Assembly: GCA_963813715.1 (NCBI GenBank)
Contig: CAWFAK010000007.1
Span: 960,001 to 1,024,000, forward strand
DNA length: 64,000 bases
Source of the DNA: an uncultured Planctomycetaceae bacterium
GTDB taxonomy: Bacteria > Planctomycetota > Planctomycetia > Planctomycetales > Planctomycetaceae
Direction of reading: 5' to 3'
Of this stretch, positions 46,233 through 57,573 are shown piece by piece. Position 1 is the first letter of the stretch; each line of letters starts with the position of its first letter. The position numbers and the translations under genes are program-made. The notes beneath the pieces were generated by a model that saw only the letters and a program-made list of their open reading frames with translations, was not told the origin of the DNA and searched no databases.

Positions 46233-48543
46233 TCAGTTGCCGGCCTCTCCAAACCGCCTTCGGAACAGGCTTCCGCAGTTTGCGATGTCGAGATCAACCC
46301 TCCCGACGCGCAGCTCTCGGTCGATCCCTCCTTGGCGTCCATTTCCGGAGTTGGATCCCGGCGTCGCGTCGTGGTGCCTCATCCGACGCTCAATACGTCA
46401 ATTACGCTCGTCGCTACTGCCGAGGGCTTTCAGGAACTGCGTCGAGAGGTCAATTTGCGGCCCGGCGGCGCGGAGTCGATCGCGTTGAAACTCGAGTCGA
46501 TTCCCGGATGGTCGAAATCTGTGCTCGATACTGGCAAGCCGCTGCCCGGGAGTGGCACAACGACCCCGCCTGACAGCACCGACAGAACGCAGGCTCAGGG
46601 CGCCATCGAATGGAAACTAGTTTCGACGATTGGGAACAGCGGGTCGGATATCTACGGCCTCGCACTGAATCATGACGGCTCTCGCGTGGCGGCGGGCGGG
46701 GCGGACCGCACGCTGCAAGTTTGGGACGCGCGAACCGGCGCTCTCAAAGCACGAGTCGAGCGACCGAGCGAAGTCGGCAGCGTTGCTTACTTCAAAGACA
46801 GCAAGAGATTGATGTGTAGCGTCGGCCGCGAACGAAGAGTCGAGGTTTGGAAGGAAAGTGCTCTCAGCCTCCAACACCGATCGGTGGCCGCAGGTCGTAG
46901 AGGGTCAAATCGCAATTCATCAACGTCATCGCAGCCATGGATCCAGTTCACAAATGATCCGAATCAAGAATTGTGGCGAGCAGTCTTGAGCCCGGACGAA
47001 AGACTCGTGGCCACTGGTGGAAACTCAGGAATTGTCACGATCTGGGAGGTCGCTACTGCCAAACCTCTTCGCCAGGTTCTGCAAGGTCTCGGCGAGAATG
47101 CGAGTCGCGAGCAGCCGGCGCCTCGGCCGACTGCCGGTAGTCGGTTCAGACGTCGCCCATCAGGTCGGTCGTCCCGACCACAGCCCCTTAGTTCGGCTAA
47201 ACCAGGTGCAGCCATTCTCAGCCTAGCATTCAGCCCTGATGGGAAGCAGCTGGCCTGCGGCGGTGAGTCCGGGGTGATTACTCTGTGTAACGTCGTCACC
47301 GGCGAAGCGCAAGCGAAGCTGGAGGGCCACTCTTCATCGATCTTACAGTTGGCTTACAGCCGCGATGGGCAGCATCTGGCCTCTTTAGGCAGTGATCGGA
47401 CCTTACGCCTTTGGGACACTAAGCAACAAAAGGAATCGCAAACCTTCGACACAGGGGTGGGTGAGGCGATGGCCGTCAGTCCTGCCGGTAGGTGGATCGC
47501 AGTAGCCGGAGACGACAATTCGGTTCGCATTTGGGACATCGAGAACCCAAAGGACTTTTCAGTGTTGGGGCACGGCGTGAATGTCACTCACCTCGTCTTC
47601 AGCGCCCAGGGTACGCGGATCGCAACTGCGGACCGCGATCGAACAATCAGGGTTTGGGACCTCCACTTCGCAAAGCCGCCCCAGCCCGACTCAACTTCAG
47701 GGACACTGGCGGCGACTACGGCCATCCCAACGCCCAAACAATCTGTCGGTGCTGTCGACAGTGGCGGGCCTTTCGCAGGCAAGCAAGCCGGCCAGCGTCT
47801 CGATAACGGGTTAGGCATGGGTTTCGTGTGGATCCCGCCTGGCGAATTCAAAATGGGAAGCGCAATTGGCCCCGATCACCAGAAAAACGAGCCCCAGGTC
47901 AATGTCAAACTGTCCGGCGGGTTTTGGCTGGGAAAATGCGAGTTAACACGAGCCCAATGGCAGCTGGTGATGAAGACGACTCCGTGGAAAGAATTGACGG
48001 ACGATCTCAATCCAGTCAGCGGCGACAACTATCCCGTGACGCATGTTACTTGGCAAAACGCGATCGATTTCTGTAGGAAATTGACAGAGGACGAGCATAG
48101 AGCTGGACGGCTCCCGCCTGGTTGGGAATTTGACCTTCCGACGGAAGCTCAATGGGAGTATGCGTGCCGGGCCGGAACGACGACGCCCTACTATTGCGGT
48201 AATACGTTTGACAAGCTGAAGGATTCGGCTTGGTTCAAGGGAAACATCCAAAACGAGTTTGATCGCCACGCTCAGCTGGTAGGGTCGAGGGAACCCAATC
48301 AGTGGGGCCTCTACGACATGCACGGAAATGTCTCCGAATGGTGCCGTGACTGGTATGCGCCAGATCCTGCGCGGTGGTTTAGATCCCGAGGTGTCGTCTG
48401 GAAGCGGTCGAAGGGTCATACGCGGCGGCAATTGGCGGTCCACTGCCGAGAATGTTAGATCGGCCTATCGGATTGGTGCCAATCTCGAGACGCGGAACTC
48501 CGCTGTAGGCTTCCGCGTGGCCGCAGTCCCCGTACGCAAGTAG
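46230..48543 (+). pseudogene. WD40 + FGE-sulfatase (SUMF1-like) domain protein, 5'-truncated, frameshift ~48365
   Basis: WD40 repeats; FVWIPPGEFKMGS, LPTEAQWEYACRAG and NQWGLYDMHGNVSEWC; RVIRGG...GFRVA in a second frame. Confidence 0.8.
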
Positions 48544-48580
48544 TCGTTCTCTCCGACCCATAATTGAGGGCCTTGGCCCC

Positions 48581-49210
48581 TTGAGCGATCTTTGGATCGG
48601 GCTATCGATCGGTAACGGCCGTTACAGGGTCGCCTCGAAGCTGGGCGAAGGTGGCATGGGCAGCGTCTATCGCGCCTGGGATGCCAATCTCCAGACCGAC
48701 GTCGTGGTCAAAATGCCACACGCTAATGCCCAAGATCCGGAACCGACCGCACGTTTCGCGAGAAGCCAGTTCGCTCGTAAAGTTGAGCCACCCCCACATC
48801 GTCAAGATCGTCGATTTCGCCGAACAAGCTGGGCAGCCGTTCGCGGTGATGCAGTTTCTGTCGGGTGGTAGTCTGGCTACGCGACGGGAGACTTCGAGTG
48901 CCGGCCTCCGCTACCAATCGCCCGACTCGCTGAAGGATTGGCTGCCGGACATGGCCAAGGCGTTTGACTTTGTGCACGCCCGGGGCTTTCTGCACCGCGA
49001 CGTTAAGCCGGCGAACATCCTCTTCGATGAATATGGCAATGCGTTTTTGAGCGACTTTGGGATCACCAAATTTGCAGTCGCCCGCAGGCCGCGAACTCCG
49101 GAAAGAGTTTGACGGGCGCAGGGATGGTCCTCGGAACTCCGGAATACATGGCGCCCGAGGTGATCCTGGGGCAGTCCGCCGACGGCCGTCTTGATCAGTA
49201 CGGCCTCGAT
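48581..49210 (+). pseudogene. Truncated Ser/Thr kinase
   Basis: LGEGGMG, HRDVKPAN, SDFG, GTPEYMAPE and DQY over three frames; ends abruptly. Confidence 0.8.
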
Positions 49211-49463
49211 CGCCAAATCGAATCGTCTGCAGCACGTCGCGCTCGAAGATTCGTCGAGGAAAACAATGCCCAAAGAGAGTATTGGGCGGATGACCTGATC
49301 GAACCGCATCTCGGCGCTCCCCGCACGTAACCCGGCCCGATGCTCTCGCGGAACGGGGGTCCATCAGGAAAAGGCTGAATGTGAAGGGGCACCCAGCAAC
49401 CGATTGAATGTTGTCCGCGCGCAAGTACAATGGCGTGCGCTGGATTCTCGGCAGCCGGGCCCC

Positions 49464-50821
49464 ATGACGAGTCGACCGGTCATCTTCATCTCCGCAACGA
49501 GCGATATCCGCTCGGCCCGCGATTTGGTGGGCAAAGTCCTTTACTCGATGGGCTACGAACCGGTCTGGCAGGACATCGAACCGACCGACGGCGGCGAGTT
49601 GCTCGAAGTCCTCCGCCGGCGGATTGCGCCCTGTGCGATGATGGTGCAACTGGTCGGACAGCGTTACGGCGCCGAGCCACCGCAACCGACCGCCGAGTTC
49701 GGCCGGGTCTCGTACACGCAGTTCGAAGCGCTCGAGGCGGAACGGGCTGGCAAGAAGGTGATCTATCACTTCCTCGACGAAACTTTTCCGACCGACCCGG
49801 CCGCATCGGAGCCGCCCGAGCTGACTTCTCTGCAGACGGCCTACCGCCAGCGACTGAAAGACGCCAACCGGTTGCGACACGGCGGGATCGCCAGTCCCAC
49901 CGACCTCGAGCTGTCGATCCGGCGCCTTTCCGACGACCTGGCAGCGCTGCATCGTGAGGTGACGAAGCCGCCGGCAATTCTGTCCCGCGTCGAAGCACCG
50001 CGAATTCAAGTCACTTACGAGACGCAGCACCCGTTGAGCGCGGAAATTGACAACCCACCGTCCCCCGTCGATGAGAACGTGCAGTTCACAGTGTACCGGC
50101 CTCACGCGATCAAGCCTGGTCGGTGGGAGACCCTGTTGGCCTTCGCGCATCTTTCGGATGCCGCCCCGGCGACGAGGACCAGCCGCACCCCCTGGACGAA
50201 TTGGAGCGACAGGCCCGGGTCGCATTGGGAGATAAGCGAGATTCTTACGACGCGCGCACCCAGGACAGCTCCGCTGGTATTCCCCGCGGCGGCCTGATCA
50301 CCTTTGTTCCTGATGTTGCCGGCGTGGAGTTCAACCCGGCTTGCTGCGCCTTCAAGTGGCTTGAAAGCGTCCACCGCGAGGAGTTCCGTCTCAGGGCAGC
50401 TGAACCGGCAGACCGGCAGATGCTCCGGGGGAAAATGAGCGTATTCCTTGGCGCATTGCTCGTGGCCGACATCACCCTCATGTTACGCGTGGACTCGGGC
50501 GCACCAGCGTCCGCGCCGAATGCTGCTTCCGCCTCAGAGGAGACCGTTGAGATCAAAGACCTCAAGCATGGCGTATTGACGTACGCTCTACTGGCTGGCC
50601 TCAAGGCGGTCGACGAAGGGCCTCTCACCGAGAAGTCCGTCCAACCCAACAATCCCGAGCGCGTCGTGGGCGTGCTCGATTGGTTTAGCTTCGCCAGCGG
50701 TGAAGTGCCGCGGCTGACAAAACGATTCACAGGTCAGGAGCAGGAAGTGCAGATGCGCAGCGAAGGGACGAGTTTTCCCGTTCTGCCGCTTGAGGGCAAT
50801 TACGCTGCACCTTTGCGCTGA
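49464..50821 (+). pseudogene. Chimeric ORF(s): DUF4062-like domain, unknown domain and caspase-like C-terminal fragment
   Basis: IFISATSD...VGQRYG...SYTQFE (DUF4062-like); DENVQFTVYRP...; EIKDLKHGVLTYALLAGL...QEVQ (caspase p10-like); frameshift ~50180. Confidence 0.6.
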
Positions 50822-51220
50822 GGCGTCGCGCCGGGTCCCTCGAAAGGACTGGGGCGGTGGTTAGTCCGCTCCCCGGCGTCCGAACGATTTCCTCGCGAAG
50901 ACCCGTCCCTGCCAGTCTTCGCGTGATGAGTCGCTGATACTCGAGTGCTCGCAGAAGACCTGAGCTGCCTCCTCCAACCTACCGCTTCCCACGAAAAAGC
51001 CCGCGGCGGACCCACGCGGATTCGGGGCATGTTGCTAGGGATATGGCAAAGGCGCTCCGCGACGTTGACGACTTGTCGCCCCGGCAAACGCCCGGTACGG
51101 CCGAACGGTCCTCTGCAGAGGCGCCGCGGCCGTACCGGGTGTTTGCGTCTCGCCAGGTCGCCCTGGCGCATTGGGGAGCTTGCGAGCTTTCTTCCGATTC
51201 CACGCTCGGGCGGCCCGACA

Positions 51221-51865
51221 TCAAGCCGTCGCCATTGATGTCAGAGCTCCATCGGCCAGCTCGCCTACGAACCGGTGCCAGTTCGCACAAAGCTCCCCGC
51301 GCAGCTGGCTGATCCGCGCTGCGGAAACCCGGAACATTTGGGCCACGCTGCTGGTCGTCTCACCAAGAGCCAATTTCTCGGCGAGCTGCCGATCCCGCGT
51401 AGGTAACGTCTTAAGCCAATCGGCAAAATCGACCCGTGTTTCCGCGATTTGAGCCGGTCCTGCCGTCCGGTCCTCAACCAGAGCCTCGCGCCAGTCCCCG
51501 ATCCGCTGATTAAATCCGTCGAGGCGCTCAATCCTGAGACCATTCGCCAAAACGGCAGACCCCGACATGATATCCCGACGATTGCTCCGCGAGCCGAGTC
51601 GCCGGCCAGCGCGGACCTTCCGGATCGCAAATTGTGCGAGCGGCGTGGCATAGACGAGAGCCGACTTGCGCCTCTGGCATAGCCGCACGAACAGGTTGTA
51701 GGCCTGCGCGATGACCTCTTGGATCAGCTCGTCACGGGCTTCGACTCGAATTCGCCGAAACGCAAAATTGGCCTGTTTGCGGATCTCCGGCAGCATGCTG
51801 AGGAACTTGTCGTTCCGACGGCGTGACGCAGGCTTTCGTTTCGGGTTCGTTGCGATTGCGATCAT
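51221..51865 (-). CDS. Sigma-region-4-like HTH protein of the kind found on mobile elements
   Basis: FLSMLPEI...DFADWLKTLPTRDRQLAEKLALGETTSSVAQMFRVSAARISQLR. Confidence 0.7.
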   Translation of the reverse strand: MIAIATNPKRKPASRRRNDKFLSMLPEIRKQANFAFRRIRVEARDELIQEVIAQAYNLFVRLCQRRKSALVYATPLAQFAIRKVRAGRRLGSRSNRRDIMSGSAVLANGLRIERLDGFNQRIGDWREALVEDRTAGPAQIAETRVDFADWLKTLPTRDRQLAEKLALGETTSSVAQMFRVSAARISQLRGELCANWHRFVGELADGALTSMATA

Positions 51866-52760
51866 TGGGCTACCCTTCAAAAAAAGGGACCGCCCATGTC
51901 CGGGGCGGTCCTGTTCCAAAGAACAAAACCGCCCCGGCGACACACCAGGGCTTCAGATCGAGAACACGGTCAGGTCAATCAGAAACGCTGACCGAGCCGG
52001 GCAAAACGAAACGACCCGCTGCCTGGCTGGGATGGCCGATCAGCGGGCCGAAAACTACGTCCACGAGGGGGCTGTCAGAGCTACGATGGCCCTCACCTCA
52101 CTTTAACACGCAGGATCGCTGAATTTAGGAGCGCGGAAGTACCCGGGCCGATGTGACTCGATAGATTGTTCAAATCCGTGTGGGCTCAATCGCCTGACGC
52201 GAACGCTCGGACAGAATGAGCAAGGCTGGGACCGCGGCGGAAGACAACGCTTGCAAGCAATCACGCGCGGGACGCCGCTCGATCGAGGGGCCTACGACAA
52301 CGGTGCGCCCAATCGCGTGAATGGAGTCACGCGCACCGGCTGCAGTTGTCCGCGATCAGCCGGCAGATCGGTTGCCTTGCTGGACACGATGTCCGCCAAC
52401 ACTAATTCCTGGGCTGCTGCAATCGCGCGATCGCGATGGAGGTTGTTGAGCGGGCCGACTGATCGACCAGGCCAAGTCCAGCCGATCCGTTCGCACGCTC
52501 CTGAGGCTCTGGCGGGGTCTGGGACGTGAGCTCTTAGATCAGGGCGATCGAAGGGACGTCGGGAAAGCGGCGCACGATTCACAGTTGATCTGGCAAAAAA
52601 GTGCGTCCGATAGCCACTACCATTTTTACCACTTAGCTCCTCGAATACCACGATTTCTTGCGAGATAATCGCGACGTTTGCAACGGTATGCAATGAGCGA
52701 TACCATGCTCGAAATCTATTTGCCCTCCAGGGTTTTGTGGCTTTTCGGCGGGACTCTCAG

Positions 52761-52808
52761 ATCGGTCTTCGGAACCGAGGGTTGGGGGTTCGAATCCCTC
52801 CGAGTGCA
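52761..52808 (+). pseudogene. 3' half of tRNA-Arg(UCG), att-like duplication
   Basis: Anticodon arm TCGGT-CTTCGGA-ACCGA, T arm GGGGG-TTCGAAT-CCCTC and 3' acceptor strand CGAGTGCA; no D arm or 5' acceptor strand upstream. Confidence 0.85.
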
Positions 52809-52980
52809 CTTGTTTTACCGCTCCAAACGCGGCGTAACTGTAGTTCCGCGAGGTCCTGGACAACCGGTGGTGTTGCCCGTATTGCGAAGGCGAGCGAGAG
52901 CTCTTTCGACTCAGCAGCACGTGCATTGGCACTTCGCGAGTCGCGGTTAGCATTCTCTGGAAAGCGGCGGACAACTCGTT

Positions 52981-55900
52981 TTATCGAGATCCGCCGCGCC
53001 TTTCGCCTGCGGCGGCGTTCCACTCGGCTTCGATTTCGTCCGGCTTGAGGGTCACGACGACGCCGCTCTCATCAATGCGTTGACCGCTCGTGGCCTTTGC
53101 GAGATGGATCAGTCGCTCACTCGGCGTGCCGTCGTCGAGCGTCCACAAACGAATCACGGCATCTGCGCTGACGGTGACAAGCTGATTTCCCTCGTCGCAG
53201 AAGCCCACAAAGATCACGCGATCGGTATGCTCAAGCAGCGGCGACACTGGCTCACCGGTCGTTGCATCCCACACACGGGCCGTCGTGTCGTTGCTTCCTG
53301 TCGCGAACAAGCTGCCGTCCCCCCGGATGGTGCAACACGTCGCGTCGGCTCGTTGCAGTGGCAGCGTCGCCAGCGGCTCCCCTGTCGGAATGTCCCAGGT
53401 GCCCGCTACGCCGCCTGCCGCGATCGCCGCAAGACGTGTTCCGTCGGCGCTGAATGCAACGCTCGAAGGATTGTTAAGGTTGGCTTGCGCGATGAACTTA
53501 CCGGTGGCCGCGTCGCAGACGATGGCTTGGGTTGACGGCCGAATCGCGAGTAGAAACCGACCATCAGGCGTCAGCCGACAATCGTTGAACTCGCCTTCGG
53601 TGTCGGTGGCGTGAAATTCCGAGAGCAGGTGGCCGGAAACTGCATCCCACAGACAGATTCGAAGACCGCCAGCCGTGTAGATTTTTTGGCCATCGGTGCT
53701 GAACATCGCTCGCTTCAGGCCCTCTCCGTGCCGCAACAGCAAGCGGCCCCGGCCGCCTTGAATCGAAACGACTTGCGCCGTGCCGTCGGAGTTCGCCGCG
53801 ACGAGCGTTGTTTCATCTGGAGAAAGGCTGACGTCGTTCGGCCGCCCGGTTCCGCATTTCACTTCCATTCGTCTGGGTTGCTTCGAGATGTCCCATACGT
53901 CCAGATTGGCATTGTCTCCCGCCAACACCAACGTCATGCCGTCGCGCGCGAATTTCGCGTGACGCGTGCCGGATGAGCCGGTCAGAGCGACCGAACTCAA
54001 ATTCGGCGCATTGAGGTCGCAAAGCTGCGCCGTTCCCTGAGCGCCCGCGAGCAAGAGCCAATGTCCATTTGGGCTGAGTTGCACAATCGATAAAGCGCCC
54101 AGGTCCGCGCAGCGATGCTCGACCTTGGAGGATCCGCCCAGGTTCCACTGGCGGAGAAAGCCGTCGAACCCGGCGGTCAAGACATGGTGCTCGTCATCGG
54201 TCAGCTCCGCCCAGGTGATTCCGTTGGCACAGTCAAACGGCGCTGCAAGCAAAGTCCCGGTCGTCAGATTCCAGACGCGCACGGTCTTGTCGAGGCTCCC
54301 GGTCACAAGCGTCTTCCCGTCTTTCGAGAACGACAGCGTCGAAACGCGTTGCTCATGATGGAGGTCACCCGGCAGGGCGCGCTGGGTTTGCAGATTCCAA
54401 ACGTGCACGCCGCCATCTCGGCAGCCAGCGGCTAACCGTGTGCCGTCACGACTGAATGCGATATGGAGGACGGAGCTGCTAGTGCGGAACTCGAATTTCT
54501 GGGCGCCGGACTTTACGTCCCACGCTCGGACAGCGCCGTCATTGCCGGCCGAATAAAGCAAGTCGCTCTTCGGCGCGAATCCGACACAATTGACCGGTTT
54601 TCCACTTTCGTGCTTTAGTGCCGCGACCTCGGTCGCGGTGACGACCGCCCAGACGTGTGTCGCGCCGTCGTGACAAGCAGTCGCAAGAAGCGAACCATCT
54701 GCGCTGAACGCCAGGTTCTGGACGTCGGATGAATGAGGAAGGATTGGCCCGCGCGGTCTTCCCGTGGAGACGTCCCAGAGCCGTACAGCGCCACCGTGCG
54801 TTGCCGATGCGAGGAGCCGGCTCGTCGGATCGAAGCACATCGCCAGAGGCGCCTTGTTGCTGTCAAGGATGAGCGGATTGCTCGCGAGCGAGGACGTCGG
54901 CCATACGCGGATGACCGCATCATTGCAGAACGTCGCAAGCAGATTTCCGTCGGGGCTGAATGCGCATTGCCAGAGGCCATCGGGATGTTGTAGGACGACT
55001 GGGGAACCAGCAGGGCTGGCGAAATCAAGCACCGTCGCCGCCTTGGAGGCAGTCGTGATCGCGAGCAGAGATCGGTTTGGACAACGCGCAACGGAATTAA
55101 TAGCTCTGCCCAGGAACCAAGTATGGGCCAGGCGCGATGTGTCCATCGCTGTGATCAATCGAACACGGTGGACGGACCTGGAACGCTCACTGGCCGGAAC
55201 TTGATTCAGTGCCGCAGCAAACCAGGGAAGCGCGTGCCTCGGATCGCCCCCTTCCAGGGAAGTGATTCCCTTTGAGACAAAAAGTCTTTCCCGGCTCTCG
55301 CGGTCAGCCTCTTCTGCTCGCCGCGCAGTTTCTGCTTGCTCGGCAAGCCGCTGGTTGGCATTTTCGACTCGACTCGTATAGACGGCGTGCGCAACCGGGA
55401 AGCTGAGCCCCAACGCCACGGCGACGGCAACCAAAATGGCTGTCTTTGGACGTCGTCGGGCCCAGCGACATCCTCGTGCAACCAGTGAGATCGGTCGTGC
55501 TTGGACTGGTAGTCCTTCCAGGAATCGCGTCAGGTCTTCCTCGAGCTCGCGCCGACGCGTAGCGGTCCCGAGGCAGCTTATGCATGCACATAAGGCAGAT
55601 TCTTGCCAGGTCCATCGGCACAACGCGATTCTCCACGCTTGGCGAACGTGGTTCTGCATGGATCACCTGATGCAGGACGCTTTGCACGTTGCCCCGAAAT
55701 GGTCGCTCACCTGTCAACAGCTCGTAGAGGACTACTCCCAGGCTGTAAACGTCGCTCCGCGCATCGACGCTTTTGCCCTCCGCTTGTTCGGGGCTCATGT
55801 AGGCCGGGGTCCCCAGAATCGTCCCGGCGACGGTGATCAACGCCTCCCCCTCGCGCCGGGCCAGGCCGAAATCCATCAAAAACGGCTCGCCGCGTTCGTC

Positions 55901-56820
55901 GAGCATAATGTTCGCCGGCTTGACGTCACGGTGAATCACACCGCGCTCATGCGCGTATTGCAGAGCATCGGCCAGGATACGCACAATTCTTGCAGCCTCC
56001 CGCGGCTCGAATTGGCGGGCAGCCAGGGTCTTGCTCAGCGTCTGACCGCGAACAAATTCCGACACGATGAAGGGCTGCTCGCGCGTCCCTCCGACTTCGT
56101 ACACCGAGACGATGTGCCCATGATGCAAGGCCGCCGCGCTTTGCGCCTCGCGAATGAATCGCTCCTGCTCCCTCTCGGATCCGAGGACGCCTTCTCGGGG
56201 CACTTTGATCGCGACGACTCGCCCAAGACCGGTGTCAATCGCGCGAAAAACAGTGCCGAAGCCCCCCTGCCCGACGGCATCGACCAATCGGAAGCGGCCC
56301 AACGTGCCGGCCGGGATGCGAGCCTCGCTCGGTGCGTCGCGACCGGAGACGGTCGCACCGGAAAAGCCCTTATCCGAAACGCCCGGCGCTGTCGAACGCG
56401 TGGCGCCGATGACAGACAAATCGGCGCCACTGGCGGCTGTTTCCAGCGCTGCCCTGCTCGAGCGCTCGCCCACGTCGCGAGGTTCAGAACCGCTCACCAA
56501 CTCAGCCGCGGCGTTGCTTACCGCCGACATGGGGCCGACCCGCCAGGCGCCTCGATGCGCAACAGCTGGAGGATGACCTGCTCGAATACTTGGAGCTCGG
56601 GAAAGTCGCGCAGGTAATCTTCAGTGCGCTGGGGATGACCGTCTCTCAGGCGGAAATCAAGGTCGATGACGACAAGCGCCTGTAACAAAGCACTGCGCCG
56701 ATGACCCGCTTGCTCGCAATAGTCGTCGATAGCCGGACACTCGCCGCGCCGCCAAGCGTCTTCGAATCGCTTGACAGCCTGGTCGATGTCAACCGCGGAG
56801 ATGGGTGCTTCGGATGACAT
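52981..56820 (-). CDS. Ser/Thr protein kinase with WD40 repeats (frameshifts ~56545, ~55550)
   Basis: RFEDAWRRG N-terminus; GQGGFG, HRDVKPAN, DFG and [14 protein letters not shown]40 array. Confidence 0.9.
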
Positions 56821-57200
56821 GCACAGTCTTCGCAAACGACGATTCGGATCAAAGGACGCGCCTCGGAGCCCGCTGCGCCTTCCGTTCACTCCAACCGTCG
56901 GAATGTCCGTCGGCTCAATAATACCGAGGCGGCTCTTGATCCTGTTCTGAATCTGGGAAAGCGGGACGGCAATCAAAGCATAAACAAATACCCATTTATG
57001 CCAAATTGGGCAGTTTCCCTGGTTGTTTTAGCTGCCTGCCTCCTTGTACACTATCGGAAACCCAAGAGCCGTTCTCGAATCCGTGTGGTATCGCACGTGC
57101 AAAGATAGGGAGCCCGGTGCTCAAAAACCGGAACCCAGCGCCTACGCTGAGCTTGATTTCCAGACTTGTGTTCCCTTCCGCCATCTGTGAGGCTCCAGCC

Positions 57201-57410
57201 ATGCACCTTCCGCTGCAAATGACGGCCGTCCCAAGAAGCCGGAGGGCCCTCTCTGTGCCTCGAACCGCGCAATCGTTGAACCACGTGCGTCCCAACGCCC
57301 TTCAACAGTGTCTCAACCATTTGACATGTTGTACCTGCTCAGGGAGCGATCAGTACGCGTGTTGCTCGACGGCATGCACGTGCAACAACGGCGTACCGGG
57401 GTGTGCTTAA
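57201..57410 (+). CDS. Cys-rich RiPP precursor candidate with cyanobactin (PatE)-like leader, 69 aa
   Basis: GAGG RBS; MHLPLQMTAVPR resembles PatE LPQQGQPVIR; HVRPN resembles the GVEPS/GLEAS site; 37-aa tail with 9 Cys; directly upstream of the PatA-type protease. Confidence 0.7.
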   Translation: MHLPLQMTAVPRSRRALSVPRTAQSLNHVRPNALQQCLNHLTCCTCSGSDQYACCSTACTCNNGVPGCA

Positions 57411-57573
57411 CAGGGGAAGCCCATCCGCGCGTCGTGCGCCGTACAGTCGCGGGGCTGTTAACAAGGAATCAGCAGCAACGGTTGATCAAGCGGTTTTCGC
57501 CGCATAGCGCGCTTCGCCCGGGACGGCAGCGCAAACCTCGCATGGCTGCCCTAGGCTCCTGGCGTGTCGAATC

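Noticed and set aside
52761..52808. Functional tRNA-Arg gene
   Set aside because: The D arm and 5' acceptor strand are missing.
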